Source: Torpedo marmorata (Eukaryota). From it: DNA of 64,000 nt. The DNA lies in assembly GCA_977017645.1 (NCBI GenBank), contig OZ360221.1, forward strand, positions 11,966,001-12,030,000. The letters run 5' to 3'. Below are positions 62,243 to 64,000 of this stretch, in pieces. The notes beneath the pieces are model-generated. The model made no database searches. It had not been told where the DNA came from and was given only the letters and a program-made list of their open reading frames with translations. Position numbers and translations under genes: made by a program. The first letter of the stretch is position 1, and each line of letters begins with the position of its first letter.

Positions 62243-64000
62243 TTTTAAAAAAAAATATTTTATTTTTCATTTTCAGAAATTTTCACAAAACATTAATAAA
62301 CACAAGTTTCAAACGTATCGAATACAGAATACATTACACCCCTTAACCCTGCCTTCCCCACCAAAAAAGGAAAAAGAATAAAACCAAGACAAAAAGAAAA
62401 CTAAACGTACCGTCAGTGCTTACAGCTTTTGTTCAAATATTTGGGGATGTCACACCCTTAAAATAATTATATACATTACATTATACCATACCTCAGGGGT
62501 TTGATTACAACTGAGCACCAATGTGCTCCAAGTATGGTTGCCACACTTTAACAAAGTCATCATATTTATTTATTTATTTTTCAATCTTTTTATTGATTTT
62601 GTAAAAATTACAATACAGAAATTAAAATTAAAAAGGCAATGTTGCACAGAAAGAGTACAATTTAACAGTGAGTAACAATAGAGATATATCTTCGGTACAA
62701 CATCATATTTATTTCTAAGACTATATGTAATTTTTTCCATGGGGATGCAGCTGTACATTTCCGTAGACCATCGAGTGATGAGAAGGGAGGAGACAGACTT
62801 CCAGTTGACTGCAATGCATTTTTTTGCCACGGACAGAGCAACTTTGACAAATTGAAATTGGAATTTAGATAATCTGTTGCTTATGTCCATGAGGTTTCCT
62901 AAAGATACAACTCCAGGTCTTGTGGAAAGGCTACTCCCGTAATCCTAGTTACCACGTTTGCTAAATCATGTCAAAAGGGCCTTACCTTTGCACATGACCA
63001 GGTGGAGTGTAAAAAGGATCCAATTTCTATCCCACACCTGAAACATATTTCTGATATTTCTGGTTTTGACTTGTGTAGTTTTTGTGGTGTGAGATACAAT
63101 TGGTGTAGGAAATTATATTGAACCAGCCTATATCTGGCATTAATGACTGTTGTCATGCTATCTAAACACCAGTCTGAACAGCATCGTTTGTGAATTGTTA
63201 TGCCCAAGTCCAACTCCCACCTCTCTCTCGATCTTTGTGGGCCCGGCTTTCACTTTGGAGTATGAAATACATTCTAGATATGAATTTAGGTGCATTTCCC
63301 AATCGAAACAACTCTTCCATTTCATTACACCTAAGTGGGGTCATTGTAGGACCCCATCTATCCCTCAAGAAGGACCTTAGTTGAAGAAAACAGTAAAAGG
63401 TTCCATTAGACAAATCATATTTACTCTTCAATTGCTCAAAAGACATAAGTTGTCCTTTCTCATAACAATCTTCAATATACCGGAGTCCTTTCTGGTGCCA
63501 GATATTTAAGATTTTGTTACCCAAAGCCATGGGTATAGTTTCATTTTGGATCAAAGGTGCCTTTGGTGATATTTCCACCCTTCCTCCAGCACATTCATTG
63601 ATTTCCTGCCAAATTTTAATCATGTGTTTTAGAATGGGGTTATCCTTTCTTCCAGATATTAATTTGGTGTTCCATTTGTAAATAAAGTCCTTCGCTATTT
63701 TCTCTCCCATGGTGTGTAGTCCAATTTGGACTCACGAGGAGGGATCATCCTCCTCGAAAAAGGATGAAAGAAACCTCGATTGGGCTGCTAAATAATATTT
63801 CTTAAAATCCGGTAATCGCAAACCTCCTAAATTGTAATCCCATGTCAGCTTCTCCATGGAAACTCTGGAGACCTTACCACACCAGATGAATTGCCTTACG
63901 TATCCGTTAAGTGTCTTAAAAAAGACCCGCGGCAATGGGATTGGTAAGGACTGAAAGAGGTATTGCAGTCTCGGCATCACCTTCATTTTAATGCAGTTCA
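62243..64000 (-). mobile_element. L1/Tx1 LINE 3' half (continues past window), same subfamily as 49976-50814
   Basis: MPRLQYLFQSLP..GGLRLPDFKKYY..CFRCGIEIGSFLHSTWSC, near-identical 3' UTR. Confidence 0.93.
62572..62700 (-). mobile_element. Tiny L1-type 3' end nested in the L1
   Basis: 14-bp TSD CATCATATTTATTT (62558-71, 62701-14). Tail TCAATCTTTTTATT is shared with 2811-3044. Confidence 0.8.

Overview
AT-rich, repeat-dense vertebrate genomic DNA, most likely a cartilaginous fish (inferred from HE1/V-SINE-type tRNA SINEs and HER1/CR1-type LINE tails). One host gene is recognisable: exon 1 and promoter of a scleraxis-type bHLH gene on the minus strand (CDS 22333-21842). Its short second exon could not be located. 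Most of the rest is nested transposable elements: CR1, Rex1/Babar, L1/Tx1, Penelope, V-SINEs, Tc1, pogo/Tc2/Tigger, hAT and Harbinger-like MITEs, a Helitron and a solo LTR. There are two assembly gaps. The most striking object is a 2.17-kb TA-flanked Tc2/pogo-type non-autonomous DNA transposon (54152-56321). It carries a captured, frameshifted 5' piece of dmrt1 (start codon plus start of the DM domain), a 24-bp GC-rich minisatellite and a nested solo LTR. Also notable are a 5S-rRNA-headed SINE with a Rex-like tail split at box C by an L1/Tx1 insertion with a 17-bp TSD, and an STPR-encoding Helitron about 1 kb upstream of the scx promoter. Family names come from recognising motifs by eye, not from database searches, and coordinates of old repeats are approximate.
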